This document shows, one piece after another, positions 43,146 through 58,179 of a stretch of DNA of 64,000 nucleotides (position 1 is the stretch's first letter; each line of letters begins with the position of its first letter). The stretch comes from Eledone cirrhosa (Eukaryota): contig OZ024755.1 in the NCBI GenBank assembly GCA_964016885.1, positions 13,888,001-13,952,000 of the forward strand, read 5' to 3'. The notes under the pieces were generated by a model that saw only the letters and a program-made list of their open reading frames with translations, made no database searches and was not told the DNA's origin. Both the position numbers and the translations under genes were made by a program.

Positions 43146-46100
43146 TTCTTCTGGTTTTATAATTTCACAAAGTTTTACCAATAGACACAAGACTCTCTCA
43201 TTGGAATTTACACAACATCAACTAGGTAGATATGTATGTATACATGCATGTGTAGATATGGATGTTATTGTATGTGTGGATGTGTATGTTTTGAGTTGTA
43301 TGTGTGCATGTGTATATGCTTTGCATCTGTATATGTGTATATGCAGTTATTAGATGCAAAATGTTTGGAATGTTTTACATATTTTTACTGTTCCATTAAT
43401 GGATTCTACTTGTAATTTCCTAACTAGTTGTGTTCTTCTCTGTTCCTGTGAAGCCTAGCTTCTCAAGATTTGTATTGAGGCAGTTACTAACATATCCCAG
43501 TGCCCCAATAATCACAGGTATAAATCTGTAGGTGTAATCAGGGTGGAGTATCTGCAGATTTCTCATCAGTTCTGCATAAATGTTCTCCTTTTCACTAATC
43601 TTTGATATTATATTGGCATCTGCTGGGCAGCTATTTTCCACTACTGTGTATGCTTTCTTCTCCCTGTCCCATATCATAATATCTGGTCTGTTATGCCTGC
43701 ATTTTATTGGGGTTTTTACTGGAACATTCCACCAGTACTCTTTCATATTATGTACATGGATGTCTTCCACATTGCTATAGCTTTTAATGTTTTTATTATC
43801 GGGGCTATCTTTTTTACGAACTGCATTGTACAGTGTTTTGGTCACTACATCATGCCTCATAGGTAGATAGTACCGCGATGACATCTTTGGACAGCTGCTG
43901 ATGACATGGGTGATATCCTCGATGTTAGTTCTGCAGAGTCTGCACTTGTTATCACATCTAGGTGTTTTGCCTGCATCCCTATCTCTTTTGTGAATCAGGT
44001 ATTTCGTGCTAATCTCCTGTTCCTGGATTGCAAAAGCGTATCCTTCAAAGTGGGAGCCAATATAGCGGTTGTTGGTCCAAGATAGACTACTTTCCTTATC
44101 TATATTACTCTCACTCTGGAACTCCCTGGCAACATATCCATGCATGATTTTTTGCTGATAGGCATGCAGTTTTTCATCCATGGATTCACTGCGATACTGC
44201 TGAGCGACATCCCTCGGTGTGAGTTTTTGATTATCACAGGGAATATCCCTCGAGGAGTTCCTTCCTAACTCTCATGATCTTATCTGTTTCATGCAGATAG
44301 ACTTGCTCGAGAAACGGGCTCCTACGCGTCGAGGTTCGTAGATGTTGTCGGAGAGATATGATGCGTCATTCAAATGTTGTCTGGACTGATGTTATGCCTC
44401 TGCCTCCCTGCTTACGTTTCAAGTAAAGGTGGTTTATGTCACTGGTGATGTGGAAGTTTCCGGTGTTGTTCAATATTTTTCGAGTTCCAACATCAACTGC
44501 TCGGATTTCATCTATCGTCCAATTGAGTATTCCAAACGTTGGTGTTAGGACAGGCACAGCAAACACATTGTGAGCCACTGTTTTGTTTTGCGCAAAGAGT
44601 TCCGATGACCAGATCTTTCTTAATCAGGTGTAGTATTCCTTGGTTACGCGTTCTTTATTACAGATACCATTATAGGATATGTTCTCATCTATTCCCAGGT
44701 ATCTGTAGCAGTCCTCATCAGATATCGGTGAAACAGTTAGGCCATTGATGACAATGTTGTTAGATTGCGTTGTTGTTTTTCCCCGCTTTACAGTTATGTA
44801 TGAGCATTTATCTTGGCCAAACTCCATTCCTATATCCTTTGAGAACGTTGTAACCAGGTCAAGATTTTTCTTCATCCCATCCATGTTCTTGGCATAGAGT
44901 TTCAGATCGTCCACAAAGAAATTATGGGTTAGGTTCGTATTTCTGTCCTCCTGTGAGCCAATGATATATCCCTCACATTTCTTGAGCAGAAAGGACAAGG
45001 GGTTTAATGACAAGATGAATAATATCACAGAGAGACTGTCCCCTTGAAATATACCCCTGCAATATTTTATTCATCAGAAAATAGAGTCCTGCCTCTCTGT
45101 CTTTAACCTAGGATAGTAGCCCAAGAAGAAGACAGCCTCTCTATGGCTCTGACAATAATGTCTGGGACTTTAACAAGTTGGAGGGCCTCTATCATCCAAG
45201 AGTGGGGAACAGTATCGAAAGCTTTCCTGTAGTCCAGCCAGACTGTAGTCATATTCCTCCTAAGTTGTCGCACCTTCGACATCGCTGTTTTGTTGATTAG
45301 GAGTTGTTCAGCATATCCCCAAACGCCTTTCTTTCCAGCTGCTTGTTCATCTGTGATGATGTTATTATTTTCCCAGTGATCTTGGAGGAATAGGTTCAGG
45401 CAGGCTGTATACATCTTATACATCAGATTCTGGCATGCAATGGGTCGGTAGTATTTTGCCAAGTGGGTGTCTTTGTTCTTGGGGACCGGTAATGTTTGTG
45501 CTAATGTCAACCAATCTGGTATAAGTGTATCTCCCTTAAGAACTTGTTGGTAGAGGTCAGTAAGATACCTCCGATAGAATATCAGTTTTTCTACCAGTAG
45601 CCGACAATCATGTCTCTTCCTGGTGTTTTCTTATCTTGGAGTTTTCCTATCACAGTCTCAAGGGTACCCTCACTTATTTCGTATGTTTTTGTTGTAGTGT
45701 AGGAGCAATAGTTTTTTTCGAATTTCTCTTAGCCACACTGTATCTTGGTTGAAATTCTTCTTTTCACCCCATATTTTCCTCCAAATGGAATCAATGTCTT
45801 TCTGTGATGGGGCCTCAGTGACACTTATTATTTTGCCCTTCATATCTCTATAGACTGATGTTTGGTTTCGTCTGAATCTTTTATTAAGAACTTTTCTCTC
45901 ATCTACCTTCTTCAGGTATCGGCGTTTTTCGCTAACAGCTCTCAATTCTTGTTTGAGGGTGATCAGCTTATATTGGAGAGTTCTGGTTCTACTGTTACCA
46001 AACATCGTCTCTATTTTATTTTTCACTCTTTGTTGGTGAGGAGTGAAGTTTTTTTTGTGTTTGTTTGCATGTAAGGAACATTGTCACATATCCTATCTTT

Positions 46101-46249
46101 TTTCGTAGGTCAGCAATTTTTTTTTCTATTTTAGTTATATATGATGGTATTTTTGGTGGTGTTTTGTTCTTGTTAATATCTCTGCTATCACCAAGATAAT
46201 GCTTCACTGTCGTTGCTGAGGCATATAAACAGGCGTTGATTTGCCAAAA
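43146..46249 (-). mobile_element. 5'-truncated, frameshifted R4/Dong-type non-LTR retrotransposon (RT, CCHC knuckle, restriction-like endonuclease, 3'UTR)
   Basis: Consecutive minus-strand ORF pieces carry YRPIAC, WLDYRKAFDTVPH, GIFQGDSLS, FFVDDLKLY, YRYLG, CRLC..EDITHVISSC, RHD, NRPD..(E)NSCP, K..Y and PVIIGALG. Stop near 43350, then a ~200 nt 3'UTR ending GAAGAA-CATACATA. Confidence 0.92.
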
Positions 46250-46478
46250 TGTATGAATGTATGTATGTATGTATGTAAGCATGCACGTATATGTGTATGT
46301 CTGTGTATTTATGACCGTATATATACATGTCAGATGTATGTATGTATGTATGTATGTATGTATGTATGTATGTATGTATGTATGTATGTATGTATGTATG
46401 TATGTATGTATATTTGTATGTATGTATACAGGCATGCATATATGTGTGTCTGTGTGTATGCAGTCATGTATGTATGTA
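46250..46478. repeat. (TATG)n microsatellite at the 5' junction of the R4/Dong element
   Basis: Direct inspection. Confidence 0.95.
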
Positions 46479-47197
46479 AGTAATTATACAGTTGATGATC
46501 CTGTAACCGAAATAGTTGGGACCGGAAACGTTTGGAATTTCGGCATGATTGTGTTTTTGATATATTGTGGTGGGAATTCCGTCTAAACACGCCACCCATT
46601 TCTATTTCAAAATATAGTTTATTCATATACAGTGAAATGTGTTTATATAAACTTGACACTAGTCCAATTTCATACGTCGATGTTTTGCTTTTCACTAAAG
46701 CACATCCACCCATTTCGCTTTCGTTTCAGCTTGCTGTCCACACGACACATTCACTTTTTACATTTGCTTTTTAAGCCGACATAGAATGATACCATTCTTT
46801 TCTATATTTTGGCCACCATTCTTTTTTAAAACGTTTACAAATACATAGTCATATACCTTAGATAAGGCCACTAACCACTATAGCAGTTTTTTTAAGAAAG
46901 TGTTTTCCATTTATAAGCTCGAATGATAATATATAATGAAATAATTTTAACGAAATATATTTTCCACTATTTGACATTGGTTTACAAAAGTCGAAAAAGT
47001 ATGTTTTCTCGAAAGGCGAGCAATAGCAGTCAAATTCCCCTGAACAATTAGTAAGGATGAAGTGATTTACCCATCACCCCCTTTTTGTCTTAAACATTTA
47101 TTTAAGAAGGTGGAAACCAATAAATTATTAAAATGCTGAAGTAAATAATATTTCTTTCAGTTTTGCAGATGAATTAACAAGATTGCTCTTGTTAATG

Positions 47198-47233
<36 letters not shown>

Positions 47234-47952
47234 AGACTAAGGAAATACGGTTCAGACATCTATTTGTAATTTACAGCAAATCAAAGAAATGTTACATTAT
47301 GAAACACCAGATTCATGTGAAAACACTCTTACAAAAGTAAAAGCAGTACTTTATACTCCAAGATCAATGAATGTGTGAAACATCTATTACATGAATAATT
47401 AGTGTTTATAGAAATTGAATATAAAAACATATTACAAAGGTTTATAGAAGGCATAAGACATATATACTACAAATTTAGTATAAATATCCAAGGCTTAGAG
47501 CACTCGGTCCATAGGATGAGTTAAGTTAGTTACAACAGTGACATGTACAGGTACTTAAGTTTTGTTGGGTTAGTCACCCCAACTCATTCAACTATTCGCT
47601 TCCCCTCATAGAGATTTTAGAAAGTATAGCAGAATTTTAAGGGTAGGTAATCCCTAAATTATCTATAAATAGACAAATCCCTAGAATTATGTAAATGAAA
47701 AGGGTGGTATTATATGAAAATCCAAAGCAGGAAACTTAGGGGTTATATTGAAAAATCGAAGAAACAAAAATTCAATTAATTCGATCAAGACCATGTTTCA
47801 GAACAAAGGACAACGAACGAAGAGGTCGACGCCCATATTAAAGCAGCGTTACACTGAAGCCAGTTACGAGAATATATTCCACTTTTCCGAGTCACATAGT
47901 TGCCAAATTTTCGTCCCATTGATATAAGAGGTGGGAATTCCCCAGTATACTC

Positions 47953-48051
<99 letters not shown>

Positions 48052-48053
48052 AC

Positions 48054-48085
<32 letters not shown>

Positions 48086-48226
48086 CAGTAGTATGCGCAA
48101 TAAAAACAGAATATAACAATGTTTACTATAGAATATATGTATATGTATATATATTATACAATATGTTGCCATACAATAACAATGTCACAATAGGTTAAAC
48201 ATTAAAATGTATTATGTATACAATAT

Positions 48227-48699
48227 TCTATATATCTAAAACAGAGAATGTCTGTCTGTCTGACTCCCTAAATCTCGAGAACCACCCAACCGACTTTTTT
48301 CAAACTTTACACATGTAATACTTATGGTCCTGTGAGTGTTTTGAGCAAAGGAAATTTCAAATTTTCAATGCCCGCATTAGGCGATTTAGGACCGCATTAG
48401 GCGATTTAGCGATCTCTCTCTATAATTCTTAGGCTTTCTTTTTAGATAGATACATAGATATAACGTTGCGCCCTTATAATAACTGGCTGTATGTCTGATG
48501 TCTGCATTACATTATGACGCTATATATGTGTATGCGTATATATGTATATATATATAGTGTGTGTATATATATATATATATATATACTGTGTAACGTTTTT
48601 CGAAATATTTACTTCTGCGTTCACAGATTGATTTTTTTAGTTTCAGAAATTCCCGTTAAGGGTGAAAGCAGCATTCTTTGCTTAAACTTTAATCTGTTA

Positions 48700-48791
<92 letters not shown>

Positions 48792-48937
48792 TATATTCGT
48801 GTACAGATATTTTTGCATACACAATAACAAAATATAAACAAATGTATTTATTTCACGAGGCTCGATAAGGATAAATATATATCAAATATATAAGAACGCT
48901 AGAGCAAATCCCGAGCAACGCCGGGCCATTCTGGTAG
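48227..48937 (+). mobile_element. Non-autonomous Helitron-like element, second copy
   Basis: 5' TCTATATATCTAAAACAGAGAATGTCTGTCTG, internal (TA)n, hairpin CCCG-AGCAACGC-CGGG at 48910-48925, 3' GTAG|T, no TSD. Confidence 0.78.
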
Positions 48938-49015
48938 TATAATCTAAAGTATGTCATAATATGATCTACACAATATAACAGTAGTATAAACAATACATTA
49001 TATTACGATATATAT

Positions 49016-49100
49016 ATCCCGCCGAGGTTAAATTTGCCTTTCATCCTTACGGGGTCGATAAAATAAAGTACCAGTAATACCGGTAATTGCTGGCTTTGTG
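49016..49100 (+). mobile_element. SINE family A, 5'-truncated
   Basis: ATCCCGCCGAGGTT..GTAGAAACAATT. Confidence 0.85.
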
Positions 49101-49124
49101 CCTAACGTAGAAACAATTATATTA

Positions 49125-49565
<441 letters not shown>

Positions 49566-50774
49566 ATATATATATATATATAATACACATATATATGTAT
49601 ATATATATGTATATATATATATACATATATATATATGTATATATATATGTATATATTTATACATATATATATACATATATACATATATATATATGTGTGT
49701 GTGTGTGCGTGTTTATATAGTGTATATATAAATACATATATAGATATATATGTATGTATATATATACATCAATAAAACAGACTGACATCTGTAATCAATA
49801 CAATAGAAACAAATCACTTTGGTTACTCATTATGTCCAGACTAACGTCACTTGGATCATTGTTTATAGCACACACACATACATACACATACACACTCACG
49901 GAAACATAAGCATACACACATACATAGATATACATATACACGTATGTATATGTATTTATGTATGTATGCATATGTATGTTTTTATACATGTATGTATGCA
50001 TATTTATTATGTTCAGACTAAGGTCTAATGGAGGTCTGATTAAGAAGGAGGAGGAGGATAATAGTGGTAGTGGTAGTGATGGTCATGGTTGTGGTGAAGT
50101 TGATGATGAACGTGGTAGTAGTGTTAGTTTCGGTAATGATGATGGTGGGAGCAGGAGAAGCAGCAGCGACATGGCTCCGAACAGACCTCTCCGCCACCAC
50201 TGCCTCTGCCACCACCACTACTGTAGCCATCACCGCCGCCACCATCAGCATAACACATCAAACGTCACTCTTACGTCACTCTGCTGTATGTAAGTCCGGA
50301 TCGACTAAACGATGTATATTGGAGTGAAGTTAAGTCGAGAATATGAGATCTATTGGAATGTATTGATAGCTATACAGCAGAGTACGTATCAATGTATAAT
50401 CAATGACGTGATTTATCACTGTAGCAATGAAGCTATCAGATATTATATTAACGTTTACAATAGATATTTAGTACAAACATAACAGTTTTGCACGGCCATT
50501 TCAGATCGCTAGGTAAAGACATAAACTATATTCATCTATATATTCATGGTTTTAACTTCATCTCTCTTAAATAAGGACATATACGTATGCGAAGGCACGT
50601 AGCTTAGAGGTTAAGGTTTTCAGCGCACAATCGTATGGTCGTGTGGTTGATTCCCAACGTTGCATTGTATGCTTGAGTAAGTCATTTTATTTCATGATGC
50701 TTCACTCCACTAATATGGAGAAAATGATTTCAACCGTAGCCATTTCATTTACTGCCAAACCGTAACACACAAAC

Positions 50775-51105
50775 CGTTCCTACACCATGATGTTACGTAC
50801 AGTGTTCAACATTTTGGGGCAAAGTCACATACCAACAACATTTTTTATGGTGATCTGCCACAAGTTTCATCGATAGTTCGAACCCGTCGCTAGGCTCTTG
50901 CTGGGCATATTTCCCGCTATGCTGAACTTGCAGAGAAACTGCTTCTTTGCTCACTAGATGCAAAGCGCCGAGTAGGACGCCCAAACATAACTACCAGGAC
51001 TTTGTTAGTCACTGGATGGGATCATCTTCTTCCGATGAAAAATCGGGAAGTCTGGAACAAGAACTTTGTGCATGCTTGACCTTCCATTGAGGGATGACTG
51101 AAGTC
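50775..51105 (+). mobile_element. Decayed RTE-group LINE 3' fragment
   Basis: SYTMMLRTVFNI...YGDLPQVSSIVRTRR*ALAGHISR...VGRPNIT aligns by eye to CYTRMLRMALNI...YGSLQKISSKVTQRRLRLAGH...GRPRLT at 23520-23750. Confidence 0.75.
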
Positions 51106-51739
51106 AAACTGCATCACCCACAGAACACTTATATGTGGAATGCTGCTGAGGATAATAACGCTATCGGTAGTAGGTCTAATTGCGGTGGTAATGTTGGGAT
51201 GAAGGTCGTGGTCGTGGAGGTGATGTTAGTAGGAACAGACCTCTCCATCACCGCTATTTCATGAGCAGCCTGTTGCGTTGATTAAAAAAACTGGAACAGA
51301 CGTCGTCGGAAACGCCGGAGGTTCTACACATATCAATATATAAAGCCATGAGATACACATGGTGGGTGAAAAACTGTTGCTTGTCCAGTTTGACGTATAT
51401 ATTTGCTAAATGTTGGTAGTAAAAAGCAGTTGATGGCGACATGGTATAATTCAGCTTTCTGCTATACAACAGAAACGTGGTTCGATTTCCATATACGGTT
51501 ATATTCAATTTTCTGTCATGATATTGAGTTTTTATTACATATTTTTATATCTTAGAAAGTGTCTTCTACAATAACATCGAGTTGACCAATGGCTTATGAC
51601 TGATACATGGTAGATGGAAGCCACCCGTTTATACACAGTTGTCGTCTGTGTGAATAGTTTATGTGTGTGTATGTGGAGAGAGAGTGAGAGAGAGATACAT
51701 ATACATATATATATATGTGTGGATATGTATGCGTGTGCG

Positions 51740-51774
<35 letters not shown>

Positions 51775-51977
51775 ATGTGTGTATGTATGAGTGTGTGTGT
51801 GTGTGAGTGTGAGTGTGTGTGCATATATATATATATGGAAGGGCATTTATAAATTGGATAATGTATATCTAGAGTCAATATGTCTGAAACAATTTTAGAA
51901 GGTATTGTCACCTATCGATCTTTCGTTAAGGGACGGGGACGGTTCTAGGGACAGTTGCTTTCTTCTCATCAAAATTT

Positions 51978-52370
51978 GCTGGTGTTGTATTTATTGGTGA
52001 TGGTGGTTGCCGTGGTGATGGTGTTGGTGGTGGTAGTGGTTGCGTTGGTGATGGTTGTTGTGTTGGTGATGGTAGTGGTGATGCTACTGGTGGTGCTGGT
52101 GCTGGTTGTGGTTGTGTTTGTAATAGTTGTTTTGATGGTGGTGTAATGTTGGTGGTGCTGGTAATTTTGGTGGTTGTGTTGATGGTTTGATACTGCTGCT
52201 ATTGCTGCTGCTGTTTCTGCTGCTGCTAATGCTACTCTTGTTGTTGCTGTGCTGCTGCTGCAGCTAGTAGTGGTTGTGTTGGTAATGGTACTGGTGGTGG
52301 TACAAGTGGTGCTGGTGATGGTGGTAGTTGTGTTGGAAATGGTTGCGGTGGTAGTGCTTTTGTTATTATC
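51978..52370. repeat. Degenerate (GGT/GTT/GCT)n trinucleotide tract
   Basis: Direct inspection. It produces the poly-V and poly-T ORFs. Confidence 0.9.
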
Positions 52371-53028
52371 ACAGTTCATGTCATTGACGTTGTTTTTGAT
52401 TAGCCTAAGGTCAGTTCTGATTAAGTAGACCCATGATCAAAAGTGTTCCGACTGTTTTATTTATATTATTTCAGACATAATGTCTCTAAGTCTAAATTAT
52501 CCAATTTGTACTTCGTTTTACATTGTGGCTTGCGGGTCTTTTGGGCTACTATTTCTAGAGGGTCCATCGTTGGCACGTGTGCTCATGTGGATGGATATGT
52601 ATGTTGGACTAGTGATATATGAATATACATATGTGTGAATGTATGTATATATGTATGTACAAATGTAGTTTGTATGCTTATATACATGTGTTTGTGTATG
52701 TACATGTGTACTCATACATGTATATGTATGAGTGTTTGTATATGTGCATGTATGTATTTATGTATGACTATGTATGTATATATGTATGTGTTTATATATG
52801 TATGTATATATGCATGTATTTGTATATGTATGTATGCACGTATGAATATATGCATGTATATGTGTGTATGTGTATGTAGCCGTGATAAACTAAGCAGTAT
52901 GTGCGTATATATATATGCGTAGGTGTGTTAAGTCCTTCATCAGTGTGTGCGTGTGTTAGTGTTTGTGTTTGCGAATGTAGATGTGTTCACTGATTCTAGC
53001 CTTTGTAGATGCATATATGAATGCGTGG

Positions 53029-53133
<105 letters not shown>

Positions 53134-53710
53134 TATGTACATATATATATATATAAGTTAAAACAATGAAATAAAAAAACAAATCATTAGAGATATACTT
53201 CACTGCTTTAAAACCCCTACAACTTACAGTGGATACCTCTATGTGTATATATATATATATATATATATTGTGTATATATATATATATATTATATATATAT
53301 ATATATATATAGATAGATAGATAGATATATATATATACATATATATATTTATTATTTATTTATATATATATATATATATATGGGATGGTAATCAATGTAT
53401 ACGTGTGGGTGGGTGTGTGATCTTTGATGTAGTCTGTGAGAATCTGTATATACATATGTGTTTGCATATATATTGCGTTTTACGTATGGGTGGCGGTAAT
53501 CAGTGATGCAGTCTATGTATATATATATATCTAAAATCAAAAGATGGTTAAAAGAGTTCCATGTATTTTATTATGCGTATTTCAAAAACAAATATCATCA
53601 TGGGATGATATTTGCGTTCTCATCAGATAAAATAGGGAGACATGATATGAAGCTTAAAAAACACTTGCGAGCAGTGAAGTGTTAAATCAACATTAATATA
53701 AAATCAAAAC

Positions 53711-53776
<66 letters not shown>

Positions 53777-54241
53777 GTGTGTGTGTGTATGTGTGTGTCT
53801 GTTTGTGTTTGTGTGTTTGTTTGTGAATGTGAATGTATGGGCGTGAGCTGTGATGCTCTCTATTCATATGTGTGTAGGCATGATCAGTGAGCCAAAGAAT
53901 GTGTCTATGTAGGCGAGAGCAGTGATGTATGATGATACTATGTACATGTATAATCGTGATAAAGTTATGTCTGTATAAATATGGTTTGGGTAACCATGAC
54001 TGCTCCAATGTGTTTTTCAAAATACATATTTTTAATATATAGACATTGAAACATGCCAAAAATACAAATGTACCTGCAAATTGAAAAAATGTTTAATACA
54101 TTTAATCGATTTTCAGAATAGTATGGTCCTCATCAGAAAGGAAGTATATTATCTAAACAAACACAAAGAAACACATATATGATGGGCTTATATGCCTATT
54201 CACTCTTAGAAGCATTATGAAATGGGGGCAATTCCTGTATG

Positions 54242-54359
<118 letters not shown>

Positions 54360-54361
54360 TA

Positions 54362-54425
<64 letters not shown>

Positions 54426-54868
54426 TATATGCATATATATATATGCATATATATATATATTTATATATATATATAACTATGTATATGTATATATATATGT
54501 AATTATGTATATATATATGTGATAGCCGCGATGATGATATTAATTTTGGTAATAGTGATGATTATGATGATGTTGATGATGCTGATGACAAAAGGCTAGA
54601 AACGGTCGATTCCTTCCACTCCTAACCATCTCAAGAATACATTATTCCAATTTCAATGATTTAATACTTCATTTCATTCTACATAAATCATTACAGCGAA
54701 TATGTATAGCACCACCATTCTCACCATTGCCACCATCATGAATGATATTGCCACTATCACCATCGCTAATCTCATTGACACCACCCCATCACAATCCCCA
54801 TTGCCGCCATCGTCACCATCGTCACCATCACCAACCATCAGCATTACCACTCCATCACCACCACCATC

Positions 54869-55111
<243 letters not shown>

Positions 55112-55300
55112 GGTGTTGGATGCTTAAAGCGTCCGTATGCGGTAGGCCGTTTGAGCACTCGATGCTTCGTAGAATCAAGACGTATCCGATGACCTACCGA
55201 TTTTCAGAGTCAGGTTCGATAATCAGGTCGATTGTGCCTCGAGCTGGTCGCCTGAGAAACGATTCCATTTGTCGCAACACTGACTGATTCTCTTTTCTTA

Positions 55301-55400
<100 letters not shown>

Positions 55401-56286
55401 GTGTCAGTTAGCAAGTAATACTAATTAGTACATGTTGTGCCCACTTCAGCTGCCGTTAATCATACACCCAATATCAAAAGCAGGGATTAATACAATACTG
55501 ATATTGTTATTGGCGAAAACTGTATAGTGATTATATTAAGAACAAAACATCAATGTTTCAATTTAACATACTTTATTCTTGATCGCGTATAACATGTTTC
55601 GCAAGCGAGCCAAAACAAAAACGAACGATGTGTTCTCTCTTAACATATATATAGGAAAAGAGAGTTGAAAATGCAGTTGGAGTCTTTTAGAATGTTTATT
55701 TACAATAATTTACGCATTTACTGCTTTCAATATTTAAGAGAGATGGAGAGATGTGTGGCTATGTCGACTTATTATTCGAGTAACAACAGGTAAAGTTATA
55801 AATTATTCTAGTTATACCTTCTTAAAGATTCCAATTGCAACTTCTTTCTCCTATATTTTTATCCGTATGGGATATATAAAAAAAGCTTACTTTCGAATAT
55901 ATATATTGTTAAGGGAGAACACAACGTTCGTTTTTGTTATGCATTTGAAAAGAGGTTTTAACCCTGAAATATACTAGGGTAGAAAAATATTACTTTGTTT
56001 TTTTCTATTTCTCATCCTTTGTCCTTCATATATTTCTAGCGCATTGTACCGTCTTTCTGAAATACCTATCAATCATTTATTATATATACTTATACATATA
56101 CATATGCATATCTATAAGTTTAAATATCACCTGCCTTAAAAAAATGATATCCTAACACAATCTTATCCATTCACATAAGCATTTAAGAAGCTATACTCTT
56201 ATACGTACACATATTTACAACCATATATATATATACGTATGTGTGTTCATGTGTGGTTGCGTGTGTAAGAGAGTTATTTTTATATA

Positions 56287-56324
<38 letters not shown>

Positions 56325-56356
56325 TATACAACTATATACATATATATATATATACA

Positions 56357-56437
<81 letters not shown>

Positions 56438-56749
56438 TACATCTTATAAAAATTATCCTTAGATAATCAAATCCTCGCACGGTTATATACCTTTATATAC
56501 ACATGCATACCGACGGACACACAATACAAGCTCATATGCACACATCTTTGGCTATGCAGCCAAATATATTTACGAACATTCATACACACACACACAGCTC
56601 TTTATGAAGCTATACAGATACATACACAGCTACTAGCATGTGCAACGTATCACACATCTCATAAATAAAATCCTAAGGTAATCACATCCGCACACGTTTA
56701 TAGATAATTACACACATAAATTCTGTCACACACATACAGACATACACAG

Positions 56750-56850
<101 letters not shown>

Positions 56851-56928
56851 TACCATTATGATCACCATTTAACGTCTATTTCCGCTGGTTGAATGGATTC
56901 TTTGTCCACTGTTTTGAACAGTTATATA

Positions 56929-57065
56929 TAGTAATAATAAATGTGAAGACTAAAATCCGAAGAGCGCCCTATACGGAGTATATATTTATATCAAATATAT
57001 AAATATATAAAAACCCGTACGACTTTCATTCTTTGCTTAAACTTTAATTTGTTCTTATAATAAAT
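56929..57065. mobile_element. Internally deleted, diverged family B copy
   Basis: GTAATAATAAATGTGAAGACTAAAATCC is joined to ATTCTTTGCTTAAACTTTAAT. Confidence 0.65.
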
Positions 57066-57261
57066 AACAAATATATATGTGTCCGTGTGTGTGTGCGTCA
57101 GTGGATGTGGGTGTATGTGTGTGAGCCTATCTGTGTGTTGGTGGTTGCGTAAAAAGTAAACAAAAGCAAAAAGGTGAATATCACAGTACAATGAAGAAAT
57201 ATAGCAAGAAAAGAGGTTTTATGAATCCGCATGCATATATACTGTATATATATTTATTTAA

Positions 57262-57345
<84 letters not shown>

Positions 57346-57699
57346 ATATCGCTGAATTGAATACGTACCTGTGTTTTTTCTCAACATTTTTACCGTTTCC
57401 TCCTCTTCTCACTCTTTATCTTTCTATTTCAACTTTTATTTCTGATTATGTCTTCTGGTAACGGACTACTGTCCGAAACGTTTCTGAATAATTCAATAAT
57501 TCAAGTGTTAAACTAATATAATTCCTCAGTGTACTGTGTCGTTTGCTTTTTACTTTATATATATATAGGAATAAGCACAGCAGATTGTGTGTTTAGAATT
57601 ACAAGAGTAGATAGACCACGTTGGTTAGACGAATATATACTCTGAATCAAACGGATAATACAAGATAAAATTAAAATGCACTGACCGTTTCAATAACTA

Positions 57700-57792
57700 T
57701 TATCTCCCAGACAGATTAGAGATTAATCTGTTTCGACCTGAAAAGTTGTGTTTGTAACAGATAATCCGGAGGCGGTCCTCGGCGGGAGATAA
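57700..57792 (-). ncRNA. Putative type I hammerhead ribozyme (one core substitution)
   Basis: Minus strand reads UUAUCUCCCG-CCGAGGA-..GGUC-GAAA-CAGAUUA(AUCUC)UAAUCUG-UC-UGGGAGAUAA, giving a 10 bp stem I, 7 bp stem III and GUC site. The core is CCGAGGA rather than CUGAGGA and stem II is imperfect. Confidence 0.6.
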
Positions 57793-57994
57793 GATTATAT
57801 GCAACAAACACCTATGAGAGTAGGTAAACCAAATAAACACGAGGGAATGAAATACCTCGTGTGTCCGTCGTTTCAAGTGGCGTGGGTGGATTGTAAAACG
57901 GCTAGAAATAATAGCCTAAATTCACTCAACTTGTTAGCTCGACAATTAGCAGCCAAAATTCAAATAAAATATAGAATTATACACTCATAATAAT

Positions 57995-58179
57995 TGTTTC
58001 TACGTTAGGCACAAGGCCAGCAAATACCCAGTGCATTACTGGTACTTTATTTTATCGACCCCGTAAGGATGAAAGGCAAAGTCAACCTCGGCGGGATTTG
58101 AACTCAGATCGTAAAGGGATGTAACTATGCTGGAAAGCATGGCGTCCGACCCTCTACCGATACTGCCAATCCACCGCCC
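57995..58179 (-). mobile_element. SINE family A, young copy with ~17 bp TSD
   Basis: TATACACTCATAATAAT (57978-94) and TATACGCTCATAATAAT (58180-96) flank it. Confidence 0.9.

Noticed and set aside
47270-47310. TTACAG..AAAGAAATGTTACATT as the next CNG exon (KEMYI)
   Set aside because: The frame and flanking residues do not fit the expected GEVGKEMYIV-type sequence.
54582-54612. CTGATGA..GAAACGGTC hammerhead-like string
   Set aside because: Stems I and II cannot form, and CTGATGA derives from the adjacent (GAT)n repeat.
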